Below are positions 1-11,478 of a DNA stretch of 64,000 nt, piece after piece. Every line of letters begins with the position of its first letter. Positions within the stretch are counted from its first letter, which is position 1. Under the pieces are notes generated by a model. That model saw only the letters and a list, made by a program, of their open reading frames with translations. It made no database searches and had not been told where the DNA came from. The stretch lies in NCBI RefSeq assembly GCF_006345805.1, contig NC_043007.1:31496001-31560000 (forward strand), given 5' to 3'. The translations under genes and the position numbers were made by a program. The DNA is from Octopus sinensis (Eukaryota).

Positions 1-273
1 CTAGGGGAACAAACACAGACGCACAAACACACACATACATATATATATATTATACTTTGATACTTTGATAGGTTTCGGCCATTATTGGCCCAGGCCATGT
101 CTAACTTAATAGCACCACCTGGCTTCTTTCAGTTTCCCTCTACCAAATCCACTCACAAGGCATTGGTCGGCCCGGGGCTATAGCAGAAGACACTTGCCCA
201 AGATGCCACGCAGTGGGACTGAACCCGGAACCATGTGGTTGGTTAGCAAGCTACTTACCACACAGCCACTCCT
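1..273 (-). mobile_element. SINE family A (tRNA-derived octopus SINE with internal microsatellite), 5' half, cut by window start
   Basis: Reverse complement of the head aggagtggctgtgtggtaagtagcttgct...ggttccgggttcagtcccactgcgtggcatcttgggcaagtgtcttc; A-box- and B-box-like motifs; same sequence recurs more than 20 times in the window. Confidence 0.9.
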
Positions 274-736
274 TCTCTTATAAAATATCGGTAATGTTGT
301 TGTTGTTGCTCCTAACTCTTTGCAGTGTTGTCGCTGCCGTTAGTTCTAAAACAGAAAAAGAGAACGAAAAGGAAATAAATGGTTTTGAGAAACGGTGATT
401 CTTACAACTCTTACGTGATGTTGACTGGATGGACAGAAAACATGAAGTTCACGTGCCAACGAAGAACTAAATCTCTACCCGGTCGCACGAATTGCTAGTA
501 ATAGCAGCCAACTCTCCACCCCTCGATTCATATTCTATATTACAGGCTTACATTGGATAGACTGTCTTTGTAAAATGACAGGATAACACAGGATGGAACG
601 CCTTTGATCAGAGGTCTGTTCGATTAGGGTTGAACTGGGGTTAAACAATTAAAGGACTACAGCGACAACGGAAGGGGCCGTTTAAAGAAGGATTTATGCT
701 GAAAGAGCAACGCATAGAACGTTCGCTTGTGTCTTT

Positions 737-945
737 GATTTGTTTCAGGCGTTGGGCTGCGGCCATACTGGGGCAACGCCTTGACAGGTCTTAGTCAAAT
801 GAATTAACCCCGGGACTCGTATATCTTTTAAAAAAAAAACTGGTACTTACTCTATTGGACCCTTATCCCGAACTGTTAAGTTACGGGGACGTAAACAAAC
901 CAACACTGGTTATCAAATGGGGAGGGGCACAAAGGCAGATACACG
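737..945 (-). mobile_element. SINE family A, 3' half
   Basis: ttgtttcagg...gcggccatactgggg...gaactgttaagttacggggacgtaaacaaaccaacactggtt matches the 3' half of other A copies. Confidence 0.75.
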
Positions 946-1124
946 CGCGTGCACACACACGTGCACACACACGTGCACACACGCACATATACATGCGTAT
1001 ACATATATGTATATATATGTATATATATACATACATGCATACACACACACACGCACATGCTCACACACACACACACACACACATGCACACACACACACAC
1101 ATACACACACACATACACACACAT
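946..1124. repeat. Compound (CA)n/(TA)n microsatellite
   Basis: Direct reading. Confidence 0.95.
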
Positions 1125-1300
1125 ATCGTTTTTTTATTAGGTTTGCAAGGTTCTTTATGTGAATTCGGGTGGTGAAGCATATTTTGTTGTGTCTGGGGAG
1201 AGTCATCCTGTTTTGATGCCTTATTAATCAACACACTCACCGGTTCGATTTCCACTCATTTATTTTTCATTGCTTCTTGCAACCTCTTCAATAGCTGTCA
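1125..1300 (-). mobile_element. Short microsatellite-embedded element family P2 (putative Penelope-like pLTR remnant) with hammerhead-like motif
   Basis: Homologous to 20418-20533 and 24324-24586 (ggtttgcaag..., aacacactcaccgg, cttgcaacc...tcaatag); minus strand reads TTGAAGA-G-GTTGC-aagaa-GCAAT-GAAA. Confidence 0.6.
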
Positions 1301-1326
1301 TATATATATATATATATTTATATATG

Positions 1327-1640
1327 AGAGGTATTGGTATCCAGAAGACCCAAGACGGTAGGTAAGTCTATGTAAGTTCTACGAGAGGGCCTTAGTTAGA
1401 CTCTCTACGAGTGAGGAGTCTAATGTGGGTCTTGTGTGTGCATGTCTATGTTAAATAAAATGAGACAACAAAGCCAAGGCTGTGTGGAATTTATAGGACA
1501 TTTATAAAGAGAAAGATAGTCTTACACCTATTTCTGGGATATTAGGGATATCCCAGAAACAGCTGTAAGGCTAATTTTCTCTTTATAAATGTCCTATAAA
1601 TTCCACACAGCCTTGGTTTTATTGTCTCATTTTATTTAAC
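1327..1640. mobile_element. Fold-back element P3 (putative Penelope-like inverted pLTR remnant)
   Basis: 93-bp arms at 1450-1542 and 1548-1640 (7 mismatches, 5-nt loop); right arm contains GAAAC-AGCT-GTA; flanked by (TA)n and (CA)n. Confidence 0.65.
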
Positions 1641-1692
1641 ACACACACGCTCACACACACACGCTCACACACACACGCTCACACACACACAC

Positions 1693-1744
<52 letters not shown>

Positions 1745-2174
1745 TATATATGTACATAATATATAAGAAATAAATATACATTGAGTATAGAAAACCACAT
1801 ATCGAAAATTCCAAAAAGAAAAAAAAATGGATTAAGGATTTAAAAAAAAAATCGTTAAAATTTCAAACCCTTTCGTGACTTTTGGCCTACTGTATATATT
1901 GTGTCTAATATAAGCAAAATACCCGAAATTTGTTGATTGCACCAACCCTATTTTTTTGGCTGGCACTTTGTTTTATCGTCTCCGAAAGGATTAAGGGGTT
2001 ATATGAGCTCAGAGCCTAAAGAGCTGTCAGAAAAATCACTAAACATTTTGTCCGACGCCGTAACGATTCTGCCGGCTGACCGCCTTGATAATACATACAT
2101 TGATGATAATACATACATACGTACATACACATACATATACATGTATGTGTGCATCTATATACGTATACGTATAT

Positions 2175-2405
2175 GAATGTAGAGGTCTGCATATTGACAG
2201 CGTGTGTATCGTTGGCGATTTTCTTTCTCCGCCTTCCCTTCCCTGGATCTTTCCTTTTTCTATGTTTCTGACGAAGAGCTCCGCTCGAAACGTTAAATCC
2301 TCCTTCTTTCTTTCCTTTCCTGAGCGTCCAATAACACTATACTTGTTTCCAAGTCCTCGCGTTGCTGTGTTTTCTCTTTGTGTTTTCATGTTTGGATTAA
2401 CTTTA
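2175..2405 (+). mobile_element. Short microsatellite-embedded element family P1 (putative Penelope-like pLTR remnant)
   Basis: Near-identical copy at 48505-48710 and a diverged relative at about 61440-61605; all sit in or next to TA-rich microsatellite. Confidence 0.7.
2264..2298 (+). ncRNA. Minimal type I hammerhead ribozyme motif
   Basis: GTTT | CTGACGA | A | GAGC-tcc-GCTC | GAAA-C-G-T-T | AAAT: core, helix II, palindromic ACGT helix III, GUU cleavage triplet and 4-bp helix I. Confidence 0.65.
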
Positions 2406-2494
2406 TATGTATAAATATACATACAAATATATATAGAGATAGATACGCATGCATATATATATATGCACATACATACACATACGTGAGTGTGTGT

Positions 2495-2531
<37 letters not shown>

Positions 2532-3606
2532 CAAATTACATTTATATTTGTGTGTGTGCGTGTGTGAATGTATGTATGTATATATGATGCATGTGTGTGT
2601 GTATGTGTGCGTCAGTGAAAGATATACGAACTAAAAATAAGCGACAACCCCCGTGCATCGAACTAAAAAGAAAATTAATTTGTAGCATTTAACCTACTCG
2701 AGTTGCGCAGTCTCTCCCATGTTACTCTAGTAATCACAAATACAGTAAAACCAGCCATTGGCCCGCTGTTAAACATACAACCAAAGGCGCCGCCATTGTT
2801 CGCTAAATACATAATATATAAAATAAAATTAACAATAAAAATGTACAAAGTATATCTAAAATTCTTCTTTTCATCTGAAGACTGATACTGTTTCATATAT
2901 TATGAACATAATACAACAGCAACAACAACAACAACAAAAAGTACATAATGCCTAGGCACAGAAAATATGACGAATACCAAACGTCAGGTAAACAGCGAAA
3001 CGGGGAAAAACTTGTGAAGCAGCCAACTTTCTTGAATATTTTCGTCTATATTGCACTTATGCATCTATATTTTGTTTTTCTTGTGACTGTTAACGGCCTC
3101 AACGCTCCAGCTGTCTCTGTTGTGGAGCAAATAACTACATGATGTTACAGAGTTGTTATATGAAACAATTAAAACAAGCAAAAAAACGTTTCATTCTCAG
3201 ATAAAAAACCAGCTCCAAAACGTCAGATTCCTCTTTTATCTTTCTAATATATTACATTTTTGTCCTTCATGTCTCCGAAGACGACCAGATTTGGCAGCAG
3301 TACTTTTTGTAAGCCCCGAGGTGGCTTATTTAGGCCAAAAGCTTCCAAATATACAAGCTGCACCACTTAAGCTAAATTTTTAAGATGAGGTAAAATCGTG
3401 CAGGAAATTATTTCACCCTTTCGTCTTCCTCTTCTGTTATTCAATGGCGACACAGAATTAAGACAACCGAGCAGTAAACTGGTTACAGAAGCTGCCAGAA
3501 TGAGACATAACCGTCCCGCTCTCTGTCGGGGCTTCACTCTTGATTTTCTTTGAAGGTTGACTCCCTCAGCCCATGTTTAAATAAACGGCAAATAAACTTA
3601 TTCAAA

Positions 3607-3920
3607 CTCTCTTTACTCTTTACTCTTTTACTTGTTTCAGTCATTTGACTGCGGCCATGCTGGAGCACCACCTTTTAGTCGAGCAAATCGACCCCGGGAC
3701 TTATTCTTTGTAAGCCCAGTACTTATTCTATCGGTTGTCAAGCAATGCTAGGGGGACAAACACAGACACATAAACATTCACACACACATATATATACATA
3801 CATATATACGACGGGCTTCTTTCAGTTTCCGTCTACCAAATCCACTCACAAGGCTTTGGTTGGCCCGAGGCTATAGTAGAAGACACTTGCCCAAGATGCC
3901 ACGCAGTGGGACTGAACCCG
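3607..3920 (-). mobile_element. SINE family A with internal deletion
   Basis: Tail (tactcttt)n-acttgtttcagtcatttgactgcggccatgctggagc and 5' part ending at gactgaacccg. Confidence 0.9.
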
Positions 3921-4329
3921 TGACTTTTAATGCATAACTTTTATTGACAGGGTCCATCGCTAGTTTTCCAATGCTGTTTTTTATAAACCTCTTTTCATTT
4001 CTCTTCTCTTGCTCGGTTTATTAGGTCGGTTTTCTTAGTTTGCATGGAGTATAAGCAACTGAGATCACGGCGATCCCCTTAAACGGGACATCGGTCTGTT
4101 GCAGTGCTCAAGGCCAGCAACTTTTTGAGGGGAGCGAGCAAGTCGATTAAAAGTGGGTGATATTGCCCCCTCCGAGGGCAGTGGAAAGTTCCAAGGAGGC
4201 GTTGTAGAAAAGTAGGGCGATAATGGAGTGGAAATTCATGTAAAAACAAACAAAATAATGGGTTCCTTAAGTTAAGTTTTATTTGTGGAATAGAGTTGCT
4301 TTGAATTTGCTTCAGAAAGAGGTCTATGT

Positions 4330-4776
4330 TTGATGATGATGATGATGATGATGATGACGACGACGACAACGATGATGATGATGTTGTTAATGATGATTAT
4401 GATGATGACAATGATGATCATGACGACGACGATGATGACGATGATGATGATGGTGGTGGTGATGATGACGACAACGACGATGATGTTGTTAATGATGATG
4501 ATGATGATGACGATACTGATGACAATGATGATGATGATGATGATGATGACGATACTGATGATGATCATGATCATGATGATGACGATGATATTGTTAATGA
4601 TGAGGATGATGATGATGACAATGATGGTCATGACGACGACGACGATGATGTTGATGAGGATGATGATGATGATGATGACGATACTGATGATGACGATGAT
4701 GATGACGATGACGACGACGACAACGACGATGATGACGATGACGATGATGATGATGGTGGTGGTGGTGGTAATGATA
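4330..4776. repeat. Degenerate (GAT/GAC)n trinucleotide array with higher-order sub-repeats
   Basis: About 450 bp of GAT/GAC/GGT/AAT triplets; gttaatgat...gacaatgat...catga recurs. Confidence 0.95.
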
Positions 4777-5277
4777 TCGAAGACTACATTACCCAATATA
4801 CATCACTTACTCTATTTTAAAGAGAGTAAGGTGTGATATGAGGAATATGTGTGTGGCTTCCTATGTCTTGTAGGTCGAACGACTTCATAAAGCCTGTCTG
4901 CCTCCCTCCCCCTCCTCCCTCCCTCCCCTCCCTCACTCGTTGGTTCATTGGCCTGTATACTCTAACGAAATATCTTTACTGGCATTCAAACTTTATTGGT
5001 GCAACAACTTTTAACAGCCAACGGCTGACCCGTTGCAGCAGCTGAAATCGATTCGATCGATGCAACTTAGCTGCAATATGTCATCACGGAGACGTTGTTC
5101 TGTTGCCAAGAAATATTACTTTTGAACGCCGCCACCTTTGCTCGGACAGGAACAAACATATTATTTAGCGAGTTGGATCTTCTCGCGTGGCTTTTGAAAT
5201 GCTCCTCGCCATGTCATCAAGCAAATTGACATTAGGGACCTTCGTCCACCAAAGGTCACCATGCCACCAGCAAACTC

Positions 5278-5890
5278 ATTTGCTTGTTTCGTTCATTGGA
5301 CTGAGGCCATGCTGGAGCACTGCCTCGAATAAATCGACCCCAGTACTTAAGGATTTTCTTTTTTCTTTTTAAAAAAAAAATGACTTGTTTTTATTCTGTC
5401 GGTCGCTTTTGTCGAACCGGTAACTTACAAGGAGATAATCAAACCTACACCGGTTGTCAAGCGATGGGACAATGTCATAAAAATTGTCTTGGCTCAGGCA
5501 TGGCTTTATAGGCGCAGGTTTTGTGGTTAAGGTGCTTGCTTTGTAACAATGTGGCTTCAGGTTCAGTCCCACTGCATGACCCCACCCCAGGCTGACCAAT
5601 GTTTTCTCAGTGAAAAATGTAGACGGAAACTGTGTGGAAGCCTATCGGATGTGCGTGTGTGTGTGTGTGTGTGTGTGCTTCTGTGAGTTTGTAATTGTCT
5701 CCCCACAGCTTGACGACCGGTGTTGGTTTGTTTACGCGCCCTTATCTGAGCAGTTCGGCAAAAATGATCATCAGAAAAATTATCCAAGCCCTTGGGTCGA
5801 TTCATTCGACTGAACTGAAATATATCCTTAAGGGCGGTGCTCCAGCATGGCCTTAGTTCAATGACTGAAACCTGTAAAGGAAAAAGAATG
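5278..5890. mobile_element. Two diverged SINE A copies: minus 3' half (~5278-5475) and plus copy (~5497-5890)
   Basis: ggccatgctggagcac, ggttgtcaagcgatg, ggttcagtcccactgc, gacggaaactg, ggtgctccagcatggcc. Confidence 0.8.
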
Positions 5891-6124
5891 AAAAAAAGAA
5901 AAACCATTCGAATCACATGACGTTTAGATCATAGGAAAATGATACAACTGACGTAAGGCATCGATAATATCGATTTTAGACATTGACATAAAGCTACAAA
6001 TAAATCGCGGGGGTGGGTGGGGTGGATGAGTGTAAGGAAGGGGGGGATGTTGTCGGGGGTATTGATCTCTTGCATAATTGATTGTTGTATGTATTTTTTA
6101 TTATCTGATATATTTAAAAACATT

Positions 6125-6564
6125 TCTTTTACTTCTTTCTGTCGTTGAAAGTGTGGCCATGCTGGGACAACACCTCGTCGACCTTAGTCGACTAAATCGA
6201 ACTCAGTACTTGTTTTTGAAGGTTGATACTTAATTTATCGGTCTTTTCTGTCGAACCGCTAACTTACGGGAACGTAAACAAACCAATATAGCTTGTCAAG
6301 CAGTGATGGTGGGTGTGGGTAAATACAAACGCAAAGACATACATATATATACATATATACACATATATACATACACATATATACCTATAGGCGCAGGAGT
6401 GGCTGTGTGGTAGGTAAGTAGCTTCCTTACCAACCACATGGTTCCGGGTTCATTCCCACTGCGTGGCACCTTGGGCAAGTGTCTTCTACTATAGCCTCAG
6501 GCCGACCAAAGCCTTGTGAGTAGATTTGGTAGACGGAAACTGAAAGAAGCCCGTCCTATCTATG

Positions 6565-6597
<33 letters not shown>

Positions 6598-6937
6598 CTG
6601 TCCCCCCAACATCGCTTGACAATCGATGCTGGTGTGTTTACGTCCCCGTAACTTAGCTGTTCGGCAAAAAGAGACCGATAGAATAAGTACTGGGCTTTCA
6701 AAGAATAAGTCCTGGGGTCGATTTGCTCGACTAGAGGTGATGCTCCAGCATGGCCGCAGTCAGATGACTGAAACAAGTAAAAGAGTGAAGAGAGTAGAGT
6801 ATGTATACAACTAACCAAATCCACTCACACAGCTTTGGTTGACCCGAGGCTATAATAGAAGGTGCCTCGTGGTGGGACTGAACCCGGAACCACGTGGTTG
6901 GAAAGAAAACTCTTTACCACACAACTACGTCTGCGCC
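6125..6937 (-). mobile_element. Older SINE A copy (6125-6350 plus 6813-6937) split by a younger plus-strand copy
   Basis: The 3' half and 5' half of one minus-strand element flank an intact plus-strand copy. Confidence 0.75.
6390..6800 (+). mobile_element. SINE family A, full length
   Basis: Head ggcgcaggagtggctgtgtgg through tail gactgaaacaagtaaaagag. Confidence 0.92.
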
Positions 6938-7647
6938 TTGTGTATGCCTGTTTAAATGGAGTGTCACACGTTTTTTTTTTTTTATCTGCCTTTTTATTTT
7001 CTTAACCAAAATGGCGACTTTTTCTTTTGTTACCGAGATTTCTCTTCTGTGACGTTATTCCCGGCAAAACTTTGTCTACGTTACAATTAAACTATTTCTA
7101 AATGTGACTCGCCCGCTTCTACTCTACTACGACCATCCATCTTACAAACAGAAATAAATAAATATACAAAGAAATAAATATATTTAAACCAAGATTTTCG
7201 AGATTCCAAGAAGGCAAATAATATCAATTATATTCTCTCGACACATTTAGCTTATCAAAACCAGCAGATACTTTTACGTGACTTTTCCTACTTACTACCC
7301 ATCCATTCAACAGATTTTGTTTTACTGTATGAAATTACAATCGTGTGTTCCCAATCTCTTAATAAAGACACTTCTGACAATTCTAATTATCAGCTGTTAT
7401 CTTTAAACAGGCTGCTATTTCTCCTACCTATATAATCTTATACGACTTCAGGTGAATCAGATCAAAATGTGACTTTCCCTTACATGCCACTCTTAATATA
7501 TTTATCTATCGTAATTAGCACACAAAGAACAAAAAGTGTGTTTTCTGCGTGCAGAACGACCTGGTGGTTGGTATAGGTTACTTGTTTCGAAGCTCAAATT
7601 AATTTGTGAACATTTGTTCACAATGAAAGGTGTGGTCAATTCCATGC

Positions 7648-7762
7648 ACGATGATGATGATGAGAATAATAATAATAATGATAATAATAATAATATTGAT
7701 GATAATAATAATGATAATAATAATAATGATGATGATGATAATGATGATGATGATGATGATAA
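7648..7762. repeat. (GAT/AAT)n trinucleotide microsatellite
   Basis: Direct reading. Confidence 0.95.
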
Positions 7763-7807
7763 TCGTCTTCACTTGGAACTGCGTAAAATACTGCACACAC
7801 ACATGTG

Positions 7808-8187
7808 GGCGCAGGCGTGGCTGTGTGGTAAGAAGTTTGCCTCCCATCGGCAAGGTTCCGGGTTCAGTCCCACTGCGTTGGACAAGTGTCCTCTACTGTA
7901 GACCCGGACCGACGGAGACTGAAGGAAGCCTGTGGTATATAAATGTGTGTGTGTGTCTGTGTATATGTGTGTGTGTGTGTGTGTTTGCGATTGTCCCACC
8001 AACGCTAGACAATCGCTGTTGGTGTGTTTACGTCCTCATAACCTAGCGGTTCGGCAAAAGAGCCTGATAGAGTAAGTGCCAAGTTCTAAAAAAGTACTGG
8101 AGTAGATTTATTTGGCTAATACTTATTTAAGATGGTGCTCCATGTTGACCACAGTCTAATATCTGAAAGAAGCAAAAGATATAAAAA
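7808..8187 (+). mobile_element. SINE family A, diverged full length
   Basis: ggcgcaggcgtggctgtgtggtaagaag...ggttcagtcccactgcg...cctagcggttcggcaaaagag. Confidence 0.85.
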
Positions 8188-8471
8188 ATGAAGGACGTAT
8201 GTGTATGTATGCATGTATGCATGTTTGTATGTATGTATGTATGTATGTGTTTTATATATGCGCTTGTCTTTTATAGATATTTATTAACAAAGGTTATAAG
8301 CATCGTGAAAAAAAAACGACAAAACCGATGCTTTGTGTACGAAGTCCCTTGAGACATTTGTTCTGCATCGAGTTAAACACTCCATTGTCACTCTGGCTTT
8401 GAGAAATGCCATAAATTAATGATTGACCAGTTGGGAATGTGCAATTACGACGCTTTTATTAAAGGAAAATT

Positions 8472-8806
8472 GTCTGGTCTGATGTGTGGGTATGCGTTGC
8501 TGCATTCGCCATTGGTCAGTATATTGAAGGGTCCTCCCGGGCGACCCTTCAAGCAGAGTCCCAATCAGTCCCCACGTCCGCGAAATATCTCCTCATCTGT
8601 CGTGACCACGAGCCATGTGATCGACCAATACGAGTTGTCAACCCAGTCGGATCTTCAGTGACGGGAAAATCGAGCAACTTGGCTAAACAATATGAGATGG
8701 CGCTCCCCAATCATACAACATAATTCCTAGTTCCTGAGTAGACTCGTTGGTTGGATACGGAATCCGATTAACAGTAACCCATAATCATACGAAGTGGCCT
8801 GGTACC
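8472..8806 (-). mobile_element. Degraded RTE-clade LINE, C-terminal end of the ORF (post-RT domain)
   Basis: Minus-strand translation GTRPLRMIMGYC*SDSVSNQRV...ERHLILFSQVARF...EDPTGLTTRIGRSHGSWSRQMRRYFADVGTDWDSA*RVAREDP resembles the RTE C-terminal pattern LRRIxGYxWxDxVSN...ERxLxxFGHVAR...GRPxxxW...W.xA.xR; stops and deletions show decay. Confidence 0.7.
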
Positions 8807-9078
8807 CTGACCTGCTCTGTAGTTGTGAAACTCGGACACTGTTAAAAAAATAAAGTGATATAAAATAAAATATAAAAAATAGAACAAGTATTTAATTTAA
8901 ATTTTTGTGTAGGCTCGAATCTGGTGAGAAACGGGAAATTGTGGTTTCCAATTTATTTTTATGTATGCAAATCAAATTGTTCAAATACAAAATAAAGAAG
9001 TTAATATTAGGTCACAGACTCAGCTCACGAAAACCTCGCCTCTATTGTTTTATTCAATGTTTACATTTAATGAACAGA

Positions 9079-9390
9079 AGGCGTAGGAGGGGCTGTGTGG
9101 TAAGTACCTTGCGTACCAATCACATGGTTCTGGGTTCAGTCCCACTGTGTGGCACCTTAGGCAAGTGTCTTCTACTATAGCCTCGGGCCGACCAAAGCCT
9201 CGTGAGTGAATTTGGTAGACGGAAACTGAAAGAAGCCCGTCATATATATGTATGAAATGACTGAAACAAGTAAAAAAGTAAAAGAGAATACGGCGGCGAG
9301 CTGGCAGAATTGTTAAAGCATCGGAGAAAAATGCTTAGGGGAATTTGTACTGGCTTGTATGTTCTGAGTTCAAATGCCACCGAGGTCGAC
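9079..9390 (+). mobile_element. SINE A lacking its 3' body, followed directly by a SINE B head
   Basis: The A 5' half jumps from the TA tract to the terminal aaatgactgaaacaagtaaaa, then ggcggcgagctggcagaa...gagttcaaatgccaccgaggtcgac. Confidence 0.85.
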
Positions 9391-9579
9391 ATATATTCAT
9401 TGCTGTGTCACTAGTTGATCTTTCCGTAGTTTCGTTTCTTTTCTAATGCCATATCTGGAACGGATTACATATTTAATTGTGAAACACTTCCATGATTAAC
9501 TTGGGCTTTGAATCAAGTAAACATGTTTCATGCATTCAGAGAACACTGTCGTCTGATTTGGAGTTAAACACTATTATTT

Positions 9580-9932
9580 TATTCTTTTGCTTGTTTCAGT
9601 CATTCGACTGCGGCCAGGCTGGAGCACCGCCTTAAAGGGTTTTACTCGAGCAAATCGACTCCAGGACTTCTTTTTTAAAGCCTAGTACTTATTTTATATA
9701 AACACACCAACACCGGTTCTCAAGCGATGGTGTGGCGACAAACACACACACACACACACCCACACACCCACACACACTTCTTTCAGTTTTCATTTCCAAA
9801 TCCATTCACAAGGCTTTGGTCGGTCCGGGGCTATAATAGAAGACACTTGCCCAAGGTGCCACGCACTGGGACTGAACCCGGAACCATGTGGTTGGGAAGC
9901 AAGCTGCTTACTACGCAGCCACTCATACGCCT
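9580..9932 (-). mobile_element. SINE family A
   Basis: Tail, internal (CA)n and head all recognisable. Confidence 0.88.
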
Positions 9933-10091
9933 GTTAAATATATTAATAATTTGTTATATGCCACAGAATCAGCATCAGATTACAACAACCATCTGTGAAT
10001 CATACTTAATGTAAATACATCGCAGGACGTGTGTTTAAAAATACAAAATACATCAGTAGTAGACGAAGATTGTCTAACAGCAGCAAATGAG

Positions 10092-10334
10092 AATGCTAGA
10101 CACGGATTTCTACCTTGTTGCGTTTTGTCAGTAGCATGTACAAACTGTCAACCACTGTTAAGAGGAAATATAACGGATTTTTATTCAGCTGGGTGTCTAA
10201 TTGCAACAACACTTCTGATTGTTCAATCACTGTTTTCTTATATCAATAGCAACAGATTTTGCCTTAGTATACAGCTGACAGTGAGTTCATGCTACTGACA
10301 AAGCCTAACAAGGCAGAAATGCACATCTAGCACT
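10092..10334. mobile_element. Old fold-back/MITE-like element with ~60-bp imperfect terminal inverted repeats
   Basis: Left aatgctaga...atttctaccttgtt...tttgtcagtagcatg...actgtca pairs with right tgacagt...catgctactgacaaa...aacaaggcagaaat...tctagcact. Confidence 0.55.
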
Positions 10335-10741
10335 GTAATAAGCCAGAGCTGAACGATTTTCGTTTGCTATCGATATAGTTTATGCTTTTTAATACTAGAT
10401 ATTAACTCCGGGCGAATACCGCAGTAAATTTGTTTTTGTATGACGTATTTACATTAAGTAGTATACACAAACAACTATTTAAATATATTGGTATATTAAA
10501 AGACATTATGGCTAATGTCTTTTACAAAGCCATTAACCGTAAAGAGCGATTTTACTTGGGGAAGCGAGCTTTCGAAGAGGAAGTCTCTCCGACGCCATTT
10601 GCAATATTTATTCTATGACTTAACGTCAACAGATAACAGATAGCAGACTTGCAGATTTGATTCACAAGGAATTCACTTCTTGTTCTATTATTGCTGTTAC
10701 ATTGATTGAAATAACGTTTTTTTTTCCTTCTTTCTCGTCAG

Positions 10742-10855
10742 GGATGAGTAGTGAAAATTTACAAATATATAGTTTATTATTTTCCGTTAAGTGAATGGAT
10801 GCGTGAACAATATGAAATGACATTCAGACATATATCTTCATGTTGTTTGTCCTTG
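10742..10855 (+). other. Candidate spliced exon (5'UTR/lncRNA or first coding exon)
   Basis: Strong acceptor ttttttttccttctttctcgtcAG and donor TTG|GTAAGA in unique sequence; no frame is open across the whole exon. Confidence 0.3.
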
Positions 10856-11349
10856 GTAAGACAGCTTGACGAAATCTCCTCTTTTTTACACCTTGTTCCC
10901 TCTCGTCTCTTTTCTAATATATATATATATATATACATATATGGAGGATGTAATACATAATAACGGTTCGGTTCTTTCAATACATAATCGTATATTTTCA
11001 AAGGCAGGAAGATTCCATTATGAATTGAAACACCTGTACCGTTAAAATGCATTATTGTCTTAATAAATAAGTATATATACTCTTCATACAAACACAAATG
11101 CCTTCATACATACATACATGTATACATACATACATACATACATACATTCAAATGTATATGCATGTATGTCTCTCCCTTTCCCTCTTTATCTCTCTGTATG
11201 TACGTATTATGCAAATGAATATATATATATATATATATATATGTAAATGCATTGAATTTCAGCCTTGTATTGTGTTTTAGTCTTCTCAATCTTCTTCCTA
11301 GTATTAAATATATATATATTATACATTTGTACGTTTATACATGCACACA

Positions 11350-11478
11350 ACACACGCACGCTCACACACATGCACGCGCGCACACGCTCACACACATGCA
11401 CGCGCGCACACGCTCACACACATGCACGCGCGCACACGCTCACACACATGCACGCGCGCACACGCTCACACACACATG
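11350..11478. repeat. 26-bp minisatellite (acacgctcacacacatgcacgcgcgc) x4-5
   Basis: Direct reading. Confidence 0.9.

Noticed and set aside
213-398. ORF ending MLLLLLLTLCSVVAAVSSK...EKR, resembling a signal peptide or prohormone
   Set aside because: The start lies in an antisense SINE, the Leu run comes from a (TTG)n repeat, and it stops immediately after KR
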